A stretch of DNA of 64,000 bases, from NCBI RefSeq assembly GCF_031769215.1, contig NW_026782356.1, positions 434,001 through 498,000 on the forward strand, given 5' to 3'. This DNA comes from Ylistrum balloti (taxonomy: Eukaryota). Under the pieces are notes generated by a model. It was not told the DNA's origin. It saw only the letters and a program-made list of their open reading frames with translations, and did no database searches. This document shows positions 37,526-51,302 of the stretch, one piece after another; position 1 is the stretch's first letter; every line of letters begins with the position of its first letter. Made by a program: the position numbers and the translations under genes.

Positions 37526-38589
37526 TTTAAGTTTTTACTTACTTTTTGTTCCATCTCATATCTCTAGAAATTATTTGAAAACTTGACTTCAATGTCATTT
37601 ATTTAATAACATTTGGCTAAATTTCAATTTGTAGATTTTAGATGTCATTAAAAAAGGCCATTGTGAGTTTGGGTATTAAGTGTTTAATGATAAATGACTT
37701 TGCTGAAAGGAAGTTATATGAAAGTTTATGTGGGTAAGAAACATTTTGATATATCTTTGGCTTCTGTCGCAGAATGAATAGTCTCCTACAGCTATTAATG
37801 GTATTTGACTATGTTTTTAATGATTTATTGCCGATTTTTGTATGTTGTGGTAGAATTTAGTCAACTGATATGCTAATATGATAACATAGAAATTGATAAA
37901 TCAAATGTGACCGAAGGTCTATAAACAAATTCAATATGTATTTATGAGTGTATGTAAATATTGGATAGATGTGATACAAATTTTAATGCTTCCTAGATAA
38001 CTGGGCTTTTTATAATAAACTTTAAGTCATTTTGATCCTTTTACGATATTTTTCTGTCTTCTCTACTTATAAAAGTAATGTGTAAAATATAGAAACAAAA
38101 AAATCCCACAGAAGAAATTAATCATGTGTTTGACTTCAAACAGAACCGTGTAAATATCCTGTTGAAATCACCTGACGTTATTTAAATTTTGGCCCATGTC
38201 TGTTCCTACCTGATTGTTTACATACACGTAGCCTTCAGCAATCAATATCAACAAAGACTTAAATACACTGATCCTAATTTTAATTGTCCTGTATAAGGAA
38301 AACAAAATATGATACATGTGCATGTCACTGAAGATTGAATATTATGGTTAGGTAATTGTGTACTATCATGCAGAAATATGGGAGGAACCTGAGGACAGTA
38401 GACAGATACATTTCTCACCTTTCCATATTTGTGTTAATTGACATAAAAAAAGATAATCAAGATCTCACTCAATTAAACCTGAGCCTGCCATGTTTAAACA
38501 GACGACTGATAAAGCCAGTGCCAAAAGAGAACTAACACTATTGAACACGATAGTTACAGGCAAAAAGGCTGTGTATCAGGGAGATTAAT

Positions 38590-40080
38590 GTTAATTGTTT
38601 TAAGTACCTGCTCGTTAGGGTGTTATCTGGCTCTTGGCTGTCGATGGTTGTTTATGCAATCACTCCCTCTGTCACATGGGATGTAGGAGGGATGACACTT
38701 AATTCTGATCTTTGGCGCAAGCACATCAGCTGTTCAGGCATGGATGGGTCGATGGTCATGCAGTTAACTGTCACTCTCAATCAATCGTTTGATGACTCAA
38801 AAACGGCCCGCTGCAAAAAAAAATCACTCCGATTTACCAAAGTGCAGGTCTTTGAAAAAAAATCTCCAGAATTGATTGACTTCAAGGTAAATGTTTTGTC
38901 AACTGTCAATGACACTGGTATGTCCAGGCGTTAGACCTTCTCACTCATCAAAAGCTATCAATTGAACTTGAACAGTATATGTTGATAGTGCACAATAGGT
39001 CTATCTACCCTACAGAACTAAGCACATGGAGCAAACAAGCTATCGTCTGAATGAAGTATCGCACTGCCTGTTGGTGAGCGAGCAGATCAGTGATCCAGTC
39101 TGCGTCTGGGCCCACTGTGACGGTCTCAATGCCTAACAATACTACAAGTTTCCATTGCCTAGATTATCTCGGCCAGAAATCAATAGATCCTTTTCAAACA
39201 GTATAATTTTCATTGAATGACAATTCTATAATACACCATAGTGACGGCCCACGATCCTCACACATTATCAGCGAGTACTCTCTACATTGTGCGACTTGTG
39301 CGATGTCAAATTGTATTTATTAGCCTTAAATGACAGGAATTCATATAAAATATCTTTTTAATCATGGCTGGTTTTTAGTGTTATTATCCCAATTTCTAAT
39401 CGTTGGATAGACAGTTATACGTTCACAAAAGTGGAATATGAAGATATTAACCTTGCTGTTATGCCATAACAGTTTTACTATTGCAACAGTAGTAATAGAA
39501 CAATGATTTGTTTGTAACAAAAAAGGCACTGGGTAAAGTAGGGATATTGAAATGAGATAACAGCATCACGCGTCTGTAAATTTGGAATCATAAAAAACTT
39601 TAAAGCTGTGTCGGTTTTATAACTGTGGAAAGGAAATCAGAAATCTGTGATAACTTCAAAAATATGTCGAGTTGTTGTGAAAAGTTAGGTCGACCATTTA
39701 TCAGATTATAAACTTTTACAAGTGCGCACATTAAAAAAAAGTGTTTTCGCTTGGTTACCCCTGAAGAAAATGTTTTTATATACCTTACCTTTTCTATGTG
39801 GTTTTGCCTTTCAACTCGACTATAGGTAAAGAAAATATAAACACAGCTTTTATGATCACTGATCGCGATTGTCTGTATTACCCTAGCTATCAGAGATTTT
39901 CAATATATTTTAATACCTAAAAAGAAACGTTATAATTTTGACTGCGTTACTGTATAGAATGCATTACTGACAACACACTTTATATGTAAGGAGTTCAGAT
40001 GGAGACAAGTAAATTTAAACGTTAGCTCTGATGATGTCAACTAGTTTGTAGAAATCTTGTGAAATGCCTGGTCGAGTCTG
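38590..40080. promoter_or_regulatory. CpG-retaining region (candidate unmethylated regulatory DNA or a recent insertion)
   Basis: About 35 CpGs counted by eye in 1.5 kb against a CpG-depleted background; no credible ORF. Confidence 0.35.
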
Positions 40081-40239
40081 ATGGCTGTCCTTGTAGACAT
40101 GGAATACATGGGAATCAATGAGCTGTAGACATTTATATATATATACCCACTGTGGCTTTGAGTATCAATAGACAATGGTTTGGAAGCTTCTCAGCTTTTT
40201 ATTGAGCAGGATGAATGGACATTAAGGAGGCATTTTATG

Positions 40240-41775
40240 TGTCATTGAAGTGTCTCATTACACGTTATTTTAGTGTCTTATCAATATGTTATCTAATGTC
40301 AAACAGTGCTGTAACATCATCTGATACAAAGCATCTTACCCTGTTTATCATTATGATAGGGTAGTGTCTTACTATGTCATCGTGGTAAACAGTGTCATAT
40401 CGTATCATTCAAGATGCATAGTGTCTTATGATATAACATTATCTTAAATGATGTCTTACAATGTAGTACAGGATGAAATGTCTTACTATATATCAATTTT
40501 TTAAATAATGTCTAACAAGCTTGTACAAGATGTAGTGTCTTGCTTTACAGCAATTATGTAAATAATATCTAGTAACAAGAGATGTACTGTCTTACTGTAT
40601 ATCAATTTTGTGAATGAAACTTATTTTACAAAATGTACTGTCTTACTGTATATCAGTTTTGTGAATGAAACTTGTTCTTCAAAATGTACTGTCTTACTGT
40701 ATACTATTTTTATAAGTGATGTATTACAATGTAGTACAAGATGTAGTGTCTCACTGTATACCATTTTTATAAGTGATGTATTACAATGTAGTACAAGATG
40801 TAGTGTCTTACTGTATACCATTTTTATAAGTGATGTATTACAATGTAGTACAAGATGTAGTGTCTTACTGTATACCATTTTTATAAGTGATGTATTACAA
40901 TGTAGTACAAGATGTACTGTCTTAATGTATCAGTGTTGTAAATGATTTGTCTCAACGTAGTACAAGATGTAGTGTCTTACTGTATACCATTTTTATAAGT
41001 GACGTATTACAATGTAGTACAAGATGTACTGTCTTACTGTATACCATTTTTATAAGTGATGTATTACAATGTAGTACAAGATGTACTGTCTTAATGTATA
41101 CCATTTTTATAAGTGATGTATTACAATGTAGTACAAGATGTACTGTCTTAATGTATCAGTGTTGTAAATGATTTGTCTCAACGTAGTACAAGATGTAGTG
41201 TCTTACTGTATACCATTTTTATAAGTGATGTATTACAATGTAGTACAAGATATAGTGTCTTACTGTATATCATTTTTATAAGTGACGTATTACAATGTAT
41301 TACAAAATGTACTGTCTTAATGTATACCATTTTTATAAGTGATGTATTACAATGTAGTACAAGATATAGTGTCTTACTGTATACCATTTTTATAAGTGAT
41401 GTATTACAATGTAGTACAAGATGTAGTGTCTTACTGTATATCATTTTTATAAGTGACGTATCCCCATTTCTCACTCTTTCTTGTGTACTTATGTTTTCAA
41501 TTTTTATAAGTGATGTATTACAATGTAGTACAAGATATAGTGTCTTACTGTATACCATTTTTATAAGTGATGTATTACAATGTAGTACAAGATGTAGTGT
41601 CTCACTGTATACCATTTTTATAAATGATGTATTACAATGTAGTACAAGATGTAGTGTCTTACTGTATACCATTTTTATAAATGATGTATTACAATGTAGT
41701 ACAAGATATAGTGTCTTACTGTATACCATTTTTATAAATGATGTATTACAATGTAGTACAAGATGTAGTCTTACC
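40240..41775. repeat. 57-bp minisatellite (degenerate 40240-40700), with a 226-bp block duplication
   Basis: Unit GTAGTACAAGATGTAGTGTCTTACTGTATACCATTTTTATAAGTGATGTATTACAAT; variant CTTAATGTATCAGTGTTGTAAATGATTTGTCTCAAC at 40921 and 41147. Confidence 0.96.
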
Positions 41776-43084
41776 CTGTAATGAAATGATGTCACCAGAT
41801 GATATAAGGATGCTACATTGGAGACTAGAAATATAGTCAAGATGACTTCAAGTTTGATGCAGAAAAAGTTTCCTACAATATTTCCCAAAATAATTGCTCT
41901 GGTGATAAAAAAGGGTCTCACTTGGTACATTCAGTTTTGTTTCAAAATGTAAAATTATGCATTTTCGTGGGATTGAAACTTTGTTGCTTTCCAAAAATGT
42001 ACATATTTGTTGATACTTAATTTCATAGAGAAATCTTGCTTATGGAATCCGTAAGTACTATAATTTGTGTCAGTTTGATCTGTTTATCATTTCATGGAGG
42101 TATGATTTCACGGATTGAGACTACCCACAAATTCAATGACAATAAGTTACTCATGAAAATTAGTGATATTATATGTGATAAACTTTTCATTTCTAAATGA
42201 AAAATTCTGAATTTTCATGAATAGATATCTTATACTGTATGTGTACTTATTTCAGTGGTATGCTAATAATAGTGAAGGCCGTTATTTGACAACTATTCTT
42301 GCTGTCCTTGTGTGACTTTTAAGATCTTAAAGTCCTCAGCGTGCACTGATTTAAATACATGTACAATATATTTTGAAACATTTTCTTTAAATTTATAAGT
42401 ATGTATATTCATAGTTCTTATGTCACAAACGGTAAGAAACTTTTGTGTGATGTTAATGACTTAACTCTGTAATATTCATCTTATCAGAGTTACATTGTAT
42501 AGTCATGGAAACATCATACAGATATTCTTTACTGGTTGTAATATAAGAATAATTCTAGTTGCCCCATATAAACACATAGAATCCTATTATTGTTACCCAT
42601 CATGCCCTGTCCTATGATGTCATCATTCTAACAACTTCATCACTAAATAGGCTTTTTGTCAAAGTATATCCAGCTGCCAAGGTCACCAAATCTATTTATA
42701 GAAAATCTTAGTTCATTTTTAACTGTCCTTATGATTTTATTTCTGTTGGGATAATATAGAACTGAACATGTATGTCAGATATGAGAACACCTTCATTGAG
42801 TTAATATTTCAGAATTCCAAGGTAAAGGTTATTTTAGATATTTGTAAAACAAGGGTACTGATTAAACATAAAGTCACTCAAATATTGCTGATATTTTCTA
42901 CTTATACAATCAATCTCTACTTGGGTCCAACTGAGAAGAGGCTAGAGATCACACAATTCAGAGGCTGGAGTGTTTGATTCGGTCTACACTTTTTTTCTTT
43001 TGAAGAATTGAAACAAAATCTACGATATACATATATGTATATATGCTATGATGTGTGTATAAATGAGAAGCTCTATTTTCAGTA

Positions 43085-43700
43085 TGTCGGAAATATAAAG
43101 GCATCCACGAGATGACACCTGATTGGTTATCTTTGCTTCCCTGTCGCCAAGCTCCTCCCTCGGGCTTATACCCAGCAAAATCCTGAAAGCTTAGATTCGT
43201 GGAAGACATTAAGGAAAAAATATGACACCGAAGTTCTGAATGTGCATATACATTAGAAGAAGAACAAGATCAATTTTCCAACAAGACTCAAAGGCCCATT
43301 CCACTCTACATTTATACTGTAAATGGTGCAATAGAGCAAACAGTCTCTGACTTAATTCCTGACTTGAAGCTAATTTGATTTTTGGTGTCCCATCCGTCCC
43401 CTTGTAGGAATTTTATCAGTATATTGCATCAGAGTTACATTCAGTGTATACTGTCATCTTGCCGAAGTTGATCAATCCACACATCAGTATTTACACCGTC
43501 GTTACTTCACTGCCTGGATACTAACTCCGTTTTATGTCCGTATTACCACATAAAACTCCATGTTTTGTATTCTTTTACAGACACATTTCGTATTGGTACG
43601 AGACATTTTCTGTATTGTATAATTCTGAATAAACAGTTAATTTTCCTTTTCATTAATCAAACACGAGTCCTTGAGTTATGATATTTATGATTTGCTGGAA
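43085..43700. promoter_or_regulatory. CpG-retaining patch with an inverted CCAAT box (CTGATTGG)
   Basis: Local CpG enrichment and CTGATTGGTT at about 43120; no canonical TATA spacing. Weak. Confidence 0.2.
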
Positions 43701-45509
43701 TGAGGCATGTCAGGATTGCATTAAAAATAAGTGACATTCACTATTAAGATGATGGGAATCAAGTCTAGTTTTTTTTTTTTCAAGTAAAATAATAAAGAGC
43801 AGCTGAACTCTTTAAAATCTATTCTTTTTGTGCTGAAAAGTCAGGTTTTATTGGATTTTCAGTATACATGTTCCAGATTGTGAGTTGTTACAGAGTGTTA
43901 TTGAAGGGTTTTGAAAGATTATAATATTATGATACACAGATATCAATTAGTACTCTATTGGGTCCTTCATAATAGCATATTGTATTGATGGTTATAATAT
44001 AAATATAATACAGCGACATGATTGGTCTGTTTCACAGAGCTGGTCATGTGACATGCTGGTCAATCAGGTACATATTCAGAATCAAATATGAAATAGAAAG
44101 GAAAGACCCACATTTGTATGACAGCGTAATGGTCAGAAACAAGCTTGTGTAGTGGCCTTAGTTCACTCTGGCCCTGGAGTCTATTAATTCTACAGAGAAC
44201 ATAGTGCCTCCATCCATGAAATTGCATTTGACACATTAGGTAGTGAAGCTGATGAGTTTGCCATCCACCTTTTGTCAGATTAGCTGGCCAACACTGTCGC
44301 TTTGATGGACTTTTTTGTTGGACCTCATTCATTTGTTTGAAATGAGGATTTGGCTGTTGCCATAGAGCATTAGTACCAATCAGATACCAAATAGTTTGAG
44401 AAGTTAGAACGATCTGGCCTTCTAGAATTACCAGGCCTGATACAATATCTTTGCAAATCTCTCTAACAGATATTGGAAATCCTCTTTGATGGAACACCTA
44501 TTTTCAGATAAAAACCTGCTTGACAGAGTATTGTTCAGTTGTCAGGAGACTACGCATTTCTATTAATTATGCATTTTATTGGCACATACATGTTTGTATC
44601 TATGTTAATGATGATATGAATAGTTGCTCTTTGCTTGCAACATTTTATGTGACTGTCGCAGCAGCAGCAGTCAGCCTCTCCGACATCTGGTAGTCCTAGG
44701 CGACAGTGGCATACCATGTGCCAAAATTTGTGCTCCATACAGAATCCTATGACCTAATAACCATGTAGATGGTGCAGAATCTCCAGCTGATGGCCCACTG
44801 GTTTGTTGGAGGGCAGAATCATTTATATTGCTGCTCCAAGCCCCCTGATGAGGAGTTAGATGGGGAGGAATATAGACTGGGTAGAATGCAATCATTTATA
44901 TTGCAGCACCTGCAGTGGGCTAAACAAATGGAAAACATCTAGAAATAAAGAGAGAAATTTGTGGATTCAATGAAACAGCCCTGAGTGTTGGTGGCCATAG
45001 TGGTCTGTATCTAGTTTTATACCCTGACATGTTACACCAACAATGATTGAGCATTGATAGGGAGCTAGAAAACAAGCATTCATGTCGGTTGCATCAACAT
45101 GAAAATTGGAAAAAAAAGCGTTTATATAGGCTACAAATGTGTGAGTAATACTCCCGAGAGTGTAGAATGTCACTAACCCCTACAATGTATCACATAGTTA
45201 AGAGTGGAATGAAGGCCCCATCTAATGGCAGCAGGACTACAGTCAAATTACCTTATACCTTTATCTACATTCCAATACTGATGGCTGGTGGTGTTAATAT
45301 GCAAGCTAGTATGTCTTTTGTTCATCATGTTGTAATCACTTGACAGTCTATAACATGGTTGACACCATGTACACTACACATCATACACAGGACCACAAAC
45401 TTTTGATACACTTTTTTTTGATACAGGATATAATACTGAAACAAAAGGAATGTTACAGTTCCATCACATACACGAGTGAATATTTATGGGTTAATGTTTC
45501 CCAAAATAC

Positions 45510-47815
45510 ACAAGTAAATATTTATGGTTAACTGTTCCTCACAAAAACACAAACAAATATGTTCATTTTACAGTCCTCCCCAAATACACAAGTATCTATT
45601 CACATTTGACTATTTTCTGAAGTACACCAATGAATAATTTTAGTTATTTTTCCTACCTAAACACACACATAAATATTTAGGGTTCAATGTTCCCCAAAAT
45701 ACACAGTTAAATAATCGTGGTTAACTGTTCCCCGAAATACACAAGAGAATATTTACGGATTGATGTTCTTAAAAGGCACAAGTAATTATTTACATTTTAC
45801 TATTCCCTGAAATACACAAACAAATATTTTGAGTTTACAGTTTTGTCCAAATACACAAGTGAATAAATAGGGTTGAATTTACCCCAAAATGTTAAGGATT
45901 TACTCTGTCAGTAAATACACAATACAACTTTAAGGGTTACTGTTCTTCTAGATATACTAGTGAATATTTAGAGATGACCGTTACTCTAAATACACAAGTA
46001 GATAATAAGTAAAGTTGACTACGAACCAAAATACAACAGTAGATATTTAGGGTTCAATGTGTCAACAAATACACTAGTGAATATTTAGGGTTTAATGTGT
46101 CAACAAATACACTAGTGAATATTTAGGGTTTACTGTGTCAACAAATACACAAGTGAATATGTCGGGTTTACTGTGTCAACAAATACACTTGTGAATATTT
46201 AGGGTTTACTGTGTCAACAAATACACCAGTGAATATGTCGGGTTTACTGTGTCAACAAATACACTTGTGAATATTTAGGGTTTACTGTGTCAATAAATAC
46301 ATTAGAGAATATTTAGGGTTTACTGTGTCAACAAATACACTTGTGAACATTTAGGGTTTAATGTGTCAACAAATACACTAGTGAATATTTAGGGTTTACT
46401 GTGTCAACAAATACACTTGTGAATATTTAGGGTTCACTGTGTCAACAAATACACTTGTGAACATTTAAGGTTTAATGTGTCAACAAATACACTAGTGAAT
46501 ATTTAGGGTTTACTGTGTCAACAAATACACTAGTGAATATTTAGAGTTTACTGTGTCAGCAAATACACTTGTGAATATTTAGGGTTTACTGTGTCAACAA
46601 ATACACTAGTGAATATTTAGAGTTTACTGTGTCAACAAATACACAAGTGAATTTTTAGGGTTTACTCTGTCAACAAATACACAAGTGAATATTAAGGGTT
46701 TACTATGGGTCAATTTAAAATTGTGAATATTTAGGTTTTGCTGTTCCCTGAAATAACCTAGTGAATATTTAGAGTTACTTGTGGCTCAAAATAAACTAGT
46801 GAATATTTAGGGTTTACTGTGACTCAAAATAAACTAGTGAATTTTTAGGGTTTACTGTGACTCAGAATAAACTAGTGAATATTAAGGGTTTACTGTGACT
46901 CAAAATAAACTAGTGAATATTTGGGGTTTACTGTGACTCAAAATAAACTAGTGAATATTTAGGGTTTGCTGTTCCCTGATATAAACTAATGAATATTTAG
47001 GGTTTACTGTGACTCAAAATAAACTAGTGAATTTTTAGGATTTACTGTGTCAACAAATACACAAGTGATTATTAAGGGTTTACTATGGGTCAATTTAAAA
47101 TTGTGAATATTTAGGTTTTGCTGTTCCCTGAAATAACCTAGTGAATATTTAGAGTTACTTGTGGCTCAAAATAAACTAGTGAATATTTAGGGTTTACTGT
47201 GACTCAAAATAAACTTGAATTTTTAGGGTTTACTGTGACTCAAAATAAACTAGTGAATTTTTAGGGTTTACTGTGACTCAAAATAAACTAGTGAATTTTT
47301 AGGGTTTACTGTGACTCAGAATAAACTAGTGAATATTTAGGGTTTACTGTGACTCAGAATAAACTAGTGAATATTTAGGGTTTACTCTGAGTCAGAATAA
47401 ACTAGTGAATATTTAGGGTTTACTCTGAGTCAGAATAAACTAGTGAATATTTAGGGTTTACTCTGAGTCAGAATAAACTAGTGAATATTTAGGGTTTACT
47501 CTGAGTCAGAATAAACTAGTGAATATTTAGGGTTTACTCTGAGTCAGAATAAACTAGTGAATATTTAGGGTTTACTCTGAGTCAGAATAAACTAGTGAAT
47601 ATTTAGGGTTTACTCTGAGTCAGAATAAACTAGTGAATATTTAGGGTTTACTCTGAGTCAGAATAAACTAGTGAATATTTAGGGTTTACTCTGAGTCAGA
47701 ATAAACTAGTGAATATTTAGGGTTTACTCTGAGTCAGAATAAACTAGTGAATATTTAGGGTTTACTCTGAGTCAGAATAAACTAGTGAATATTTAGGGTT
47801 TACTCTGAGTCAGAG
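45510..47815. repeat. 38-bp minisatellite with three successive unit variants; the last 12 units are identical
   Basis: AAATACACTAGTGAATATTTAGGGTTTACTGTGTCAAC, then ...TACTGTGACTCAAAATAAACTAG..., then ...TACTCTGAGTCAGAATAAACTAG... (period 38 at 47388/47426); 380-bp block repeat at 46681/47061. Confidence 0.98.
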
Positions 47816-49194
47816 ACTATATCAGAGATGATTTTGATTGTAGTATATTTCTGTATCTAAGAACACACAGTGACTTGTGTCAACAGGCAATGGAGATCTG
47901 TTTCACAGAATACTATTAAAATAGAGATGTATTGGAAACCAATACCATAAAATAAACGTGGAGGCTACGTTAATGAATGGCTTGTTTTCCGTTTAAACAT
48001 GCATACAAATTAGAGAGGAAATTGATTATAAAATATATTGTTCAAGTATGGCAAAATTAAGAATTAATACTGATTGGAGTGTAGCTAGCTGCAACTTTCT
48101 AATTTGTGTCATGGCATTTGTTGAAAATAACAAAATGAATTTAATTCACCAGTGTCAATGTCAAGATTTCAATTTTTCGTTAAGCATAAACCTCGCTGCA
48201 GGCAATGTTTTTATTAGGGTGTGTACAGAAACAAGATTGCTTCATCAATATTTGATAAATTGATGAGGGTTTCTCTTGTTCATTGAATTAAATCTATCAT
48301 GTCAAATTCCAACCCATATTGAGTACTGGACAAGCACATAAAAAGCTTGTCATGTGATTAAAAGTAGCTTGTGTACTGTGATTCTACTGGAATATAAGAT
48401 GAAATCTCAGGGTTGCTGAATTTGTGAACCAGCTTTCTCCATCTTTAATTTTTATTCTCCTTCCTATCACCCAGATTGTATTGGATTAAATTTCCTGTTG
48501 GCATGAAAAGGTGAATCATTTAGAAATAAAAGTGATTTAACTTCTAAATTAAACAGTGAAAAAGATATCAGACAATTTTTGAAATTTCTGTTTGTTTCCT
48601 TGGCATTAATTAAGATAATGGTGTTATCTTGTGTAATTTTATGCAATCAAGAATTGAATATTGAAGACTTAAGTATGGATAAAGTAACTGATTAACTAAA
48701 ACAGTAAAGATTCTAATTTCTATTTTTGGATACCACCATTCAAAGGTGCCACTTTGAAAATCTGAAAATTCTATAAATTTGAATTGATGTATTTTAACTG
48801 GGTAACTACGGGAAGATATGGAGGATTATCTTAATTAAACTGGTGAGTCGGAGGACATGCTGTAATAAAAAGTTAATTATATCACACAGATAGCCCACAT
48901 GTATAATTTGTAACGTGAATGTGATTATTTCTTAGTATAGGGTAAGACAGCTTCCATCACTGCTGTATAAACATTTACACATCTGTTCTACAGCTAACAT
49001 ATTAGCTAAACATACAAGTATTTATAACTATTTTGGCAATGAGACATTGGATATGTTCTCCTTCATGAAAATGGCAACTTTATTGATTGTCATTGACTAA
49101 TCAGAAATGTCATATCTATTCACTGCATCAGAAGTCGCCAATTTAGGTCAAGGAAATCATTATTTTGATAACTTTGTAACAATAAAACCAAACC

Positions 49195-51302
49195 ACTTAC
49201 ACAATGGCGTTGACTAGCCTACACAACATACACAATGGCGATGACTAGTCTACACAACATACACAAAGGTGTTGACTAGTCTACACAACATACACAATGG
49301 CATTGACTAGTCTACACAACATACACAAAAGTGTTGACTAAACCACACATACACAAAGGTGTTGACTAGACTACACAACATACACAAAGGTGTTTACTAG
49401 TCTACACAACATACACAAAGGTGTTGACTAGTCTACACAACATACACAATGGCATTGACTAGTCTACACAACATACACAAAGGTGTTGACTAGTCTACAC
49501 AACATACACAATGGCGTTGACTAGTCTACACAACATACACAAAAGTGTTGACTAGTCTACACAAAAGTGTTGACTAGTCTACACAACATACACAAAAGTG
49601 TTGACTAAACCACACATACACAAAGGTGTTGACTTGACTACACATACACAAAGGTGTTGACTATACTACACAACATACACAAAGGTGTTGACTAGACTAC
49701 ACAACATACACAAAGGTGTTTACTAGTCTACACAACATACACAAAGGTGTTGACTAGTCTACACAACATACACAAAGGTTTTGTATATAATACCCTAGAT
49801 ACACATAGATGTTGACTAGGGTACACAACATACACAAAGGTGTTGACTAGGGGATGTTGACTAGACAACACAACATACACAATGATGTTGATTAGGGTAC
49901 ACAACATACACAAAGGTGTTGACTAGTCTACACAACATACACAAAAGTGTTGACTAGACAACACAACATACACAAAGGTGTTGACTAGTCTACACAACAT
50001 ACACAAAAGTGTTGACTAGACAACACAACATACACAAAGGTGTTGACTAGACTACACAACATACACAAAGGTGTTGACTAGGGTACACAACATACACAAA
50101 GATGTTGACTAGACAACACAACATACACAATGATGTTGATTAGGGTACACAACATACACAAAGGTGTTGACTAGTCTACACAACATACACAAAGATGTTG
50201 ACTAGACTACACAACATACACAAAGGTGTTAACTAGACAACACAACATACACAAAGGTGTTGACTAGTCTACACAACATACACAAAGGTGTTGACTAGTC
50301 TACACAACATACACAAAGGTGTTGACTAGTCTACACAACATACACAAAGGTGTTGACTAGACAACACAACATACACAAAGGTGTTGACTAGACTACACAA
50401 CATACACAAAGGTGTTGACTAGGGTACACAACATACACAAAGGTGTTGACTAGGGTACACAACATACACAAAGATGTTGACTAGACAACACAACATACAC
50501 AAAAGTGTTGACTAGACAACACAACATACACAAAGGTGTTGACTAGTCTACACAACATACACAAAAGTGTTGACTAGACAACACAACATACACAAAGGTG
50601 TTGACTAGACTACACAACATACACAAAGGTGTTGACTAGTCTACACAACATACACAAAGATGTTGACTAGTCCACACAACATACACAAAGATGTTGACTA
50701 GTCTACACAACATACACAAAGGTGTTGACTAGTCTACACAACATACACAAAGATGTTGACTAGACTACACAACATACACAAAGGTGTTAACTAGACAACA
50801 CAACATACACAAAGGTGTTGACTAGTCTACACAACATACACAAAGGTGTTGACTAGTCTACACAACATACACAAAGGTGTTGACTAGTCTACACAACATA
50901 CACAAAGGTGTTGACTAGACAACACAACATACACAAAGGTGTTGACTAGACTACACAACATACACAAAGGTGTTGACTAGGGTACACAACATACACAAAG
51001 GTGTTGACTAGGGTACACAACATACACAAAGATGTTGACTAGACAACACAACATACACAAAGGTGTTGACTAGGGTACACAACATACACAAAGATGTTGA
51101 CTAGTCTACACAACATACACAAAGATGTTGACTAGACAACACAACATACACAAAGGTGTTGACTAGGGTACACAACATACACAAAGGTGTTGACTAGGGT
51201 ACACAACATACACAAAGGTGTTGACTAGGGTACACAACATACACAAAGGTGTTGACTAGGGTACACAACATACACAAAGATGTTGACTAGGGTACACAAC
51301 AT
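49195..51302. repeat. 31-bp minisatellite, about 67 copies
   Basis: Unit TACACAACATACACAAAGGTGTTGACTAGTC; 558-bp block repeat (50194/50752, 50231/50789). Confidence 0.98.

Noticed and set aside
36239-37530. 378-aa and 422-aa ORFs (CVIYLYT and CYIPVHL repeats)
   Set aside because: The 21-bp unit is stop-free in all three + frames and most unit variation is transitions that cannot create stops. Overlapping frames are equally open, so this is not evidence of coding.
40610-41930. ORFs of 200-250 aa on both strands
   Set aside because: Translations of the 57-bp repeat, open on both strands and interrupted by variant units.
42314-42334. Near-perfect 21-nt palindrome GACTTTTAAGATCTTAAAGTC
   Set aside because: A single AT-rich palindrome with a bulge; plausible by chance and with no associated feature.
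44550-44738. GEAD...IDT resemblance to PIN/FEN1-type nuclease motifs
   Set aside because: Only two short words match, the ORF contains a (GCA)n microsatellite, and no other motifs are present.
46030-47815. TTAGGG telomere-like hexamer in every 38-bp unit
   Set aside because: One isolated hexamer per unit, never tandem; expected by chance in an amplified unit.
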